DNA of 54,297 nt, the filler included, from Basidiobolus ranarum (taxonomy: Eukaryota): NCBI GenBank assembly GCA_040143965.1. It is 3 parts of 3 records of this genome, joined end to end, with 100 filler letters (N's around TTAATTAATTAA, not from the genome) between each part and the next. Parts side by side here need not be neighbours in the genome. Positions count along the whole stretch, not along the records: positions 36,348 to 54,297 come from JASJQH010000286.1; 2 more parts are not named here. One strand, given 5' to 3'. Shown here one piece after another: positions 52,411 to 54,297 of this stretch (position 1 is the first letter of the stretch; every line of letters begins with the position of its first letter). A program made the position numbers and the translations under genes. Under the pieces are notes generated by a model, which saw nothing but the letters and a program-made list of their open reading frames with translations, searched no databases and had not been told where the DNA came from.

Positions 52411-54127
52411 ATCCAATTATTTCCATTGAGGGGAGCTTTCATCACCTTTTTTCTGTGGAATTGCATTCATCAAGTTGAGTTATTAACTTTCATTTTCAGA
52501 ATTCTTCATTCAAATTATTCACGATTTTTGACAATGGCAGGTTTGCTAGTATTTTGAATGTTTAATGACTGGATGAAAAGAAGGACTTTCGCTGAACCAA
52601 TACTCTGATATTAACCTACTCAATTAAATTTATATACTTGTAGCTAATTGATTTTGTAATTGCGCGGCTCCTTTCGTGAGTAGTCTTTCCAATTGGTCAT
52701 GCCTTGTAAATGTGTTGATAAAAACTGTACTGAAGAGGAGCTTGCTCAGTTAATGGGTTTATCTTCAAGAGCCCAATCAGCTTTTCCTTTAAAGTACTTT
52801 CTTCATGCCCCACCAGTAGTCGCGAATACACATATGTTGGTAAGTAAATTTCGTCTTTGCAAGCAATCACATAATAACTCATCTACCAACAGTATTTTAG
52901 GCAATTAATTGATATATATCAGTAGAATCCTCGTTTTCACCTAGCAACACAGAACTAACATCTTTGTTTGACATTTCGTCTAATTCGGATATTATTCTCA
53001 ATCTCTCTTTACCGTTTTAGTTGCTGTTCTACCTCAACGTTAGATATCCCACGGATTTTTATGTAGCTTTGAATAGAATTGAGGTATACACATATCAATT
53101 CTAAGAATATTACTACTAATAATTCTTGCAGTACTTGCCAGTGAATCCATCATGTTAATAGTCTTCTACATCACTAATAAAGGATCATTAATATTGATGG
53201 TTATAATAGGTTACTTCAATTGTAGTGCATGACTAAACTATTCAGTGTGAAATTAGAAACAGCATTAATGATAGTTAGTTACCCTAAGTAGCGCATAATC
53301 AAAGCTAAATATGTCAAGTGGTCCTATTATGAAGCATAGAATCCTATAGAAGAAAAAGCTTCAGGCCAAGTATTGAGAAATTCATGTAAGTAATCATAGT
53401 TGTGGAGGTTTCAATCTGAGTGTAGCATTATTGATACTTATTAACTTTCTTACACTTAGCTTGTTTACTCATACAATCAGTGCAATAAAATTGTACCAAA
53501 CAATCTCATTCAAGTGAAGTAAATAATCCTTTTGGATGCTAAGAAACAAGTTTATCAGTCACAATACAACCAATTTTGTATCAAAAGTGTTTCCGCAGCT
53601 ATACAAGACTGATTAAATTGGTCTCATTCTCTGGTAGTCACAGTTGTAATAATTATAGTATTAGCATAATATATTCTGACCAATGAAAGACTGCACAAAA
53701 TCAATACCTCAATGAATGCCTATTCACACTATTATTGACTAACCAAGCTCTTGCAGTATTGAATAGATACTCTAGAATTAACAGAACATCCTCTTTTATA
53801 GAGAGTATTTCTTTCATCTTGTCTATTGATGGACAGTTTGGTTTCTATAACTTGCAGTAGATTACACCATCAAACATGGCTAAAATCTTCATATCTACTA
53901 CCATGTAAACCAAAAGAGTTCCTATAAGGGCTATATTTCTGTTGAGAATTCTCAGGGAGAATGGAAGTGAAATGGATTATGATAAGAAAGTAAGTTTTCA
54001 CTTGTTGGATTATTAGTTGGAACTTTGGTATTTATACTTCTATCAGAAATACCATAAGCTAATTATGTGTGTGGGGTCATGATGAAAAACATGTCAGAAT
54101 ACTGTGTACAAAGTTTGGGGGCTTTAG

Positions 54128-54297
54128 GACAACTTTGAAATTTCTACTAAACCGTTGCTACTTTCCTCTTCGCTTCCATTCTTGTTCCCCTCAGTGGGAT
54201 TCTCATATCCACTTATCAACACGCAATCAACATCTCAAGACGAATACGAACCGTCTTACACAGAAATACCATCATACCCCTGTTCCAATTGCGAGGT
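54128..54297 (+). pseudogene. HSF-array exon-3-like fragment running off the window end (no DBD exons seen upstream)
   Basis: Open frame 'TKPLLLSSSLPFLFPSVGFSYPLINTQSTSQDEYEPSYTEIPSYPCSNCE' aligns with copy D 'TKPALPLSLPSPISPVLPSFSAINLQPISQHECESKRTNAPVDACSNCA'. Confidence 0.6.

Noticed and set aside
52690-52910. 'DYWWGMKK' on the minus strand, reminiscent of a retroelement integrase zinc-finger region
   Set aside because: Immediately followed by a stop, with no flanking HHCC, DDE or RT motifs visible; likely coincidence.

Overview
Intron-rich, AT-rich fungal genomic DNA. The gene content and short GT-AG introns suggest an early-diverging lineage such as Basidiobolus/Zoopagomycota or Mucoromycota (inference). 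It consists of three contigs joined by artificial 100-nt N/TTAATTAATTAA linkers (18120-18219, 36248-36347). Segment 1 holds the 3' end of a Munc13-homology protein, a FANCE-like gene head-to-head with 5-formyl-THF cyclo-ligase, a Diaphanous-type formin, an MIT-domain protein, a catechol O-methyltransferase and a partial PLB1-like GDSL lipase. Segment 2 holds UBR1 (with an in-frame TAA), casein kinase I, a GPI-anchored S/T/P-rich protein, a ZNF511-like zinc finger and a partial PILS transporter. Segment 3 is the most unusual part. It is a tandem birth-and-death array of small HSF-type DNA-binding-domain genes (3 intact, 1 partial, about 4 relics) that the ORF track misses because the domain is split by two introns; each intact copy carries a CxxC + short coiled-coil module. 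Embedded in the array is an intronless eukaryotic nitrate reductase that keeps its Moco, dimerisation and cytochrome b5 domains but stops where the FAD/NAD(P)H module should start.
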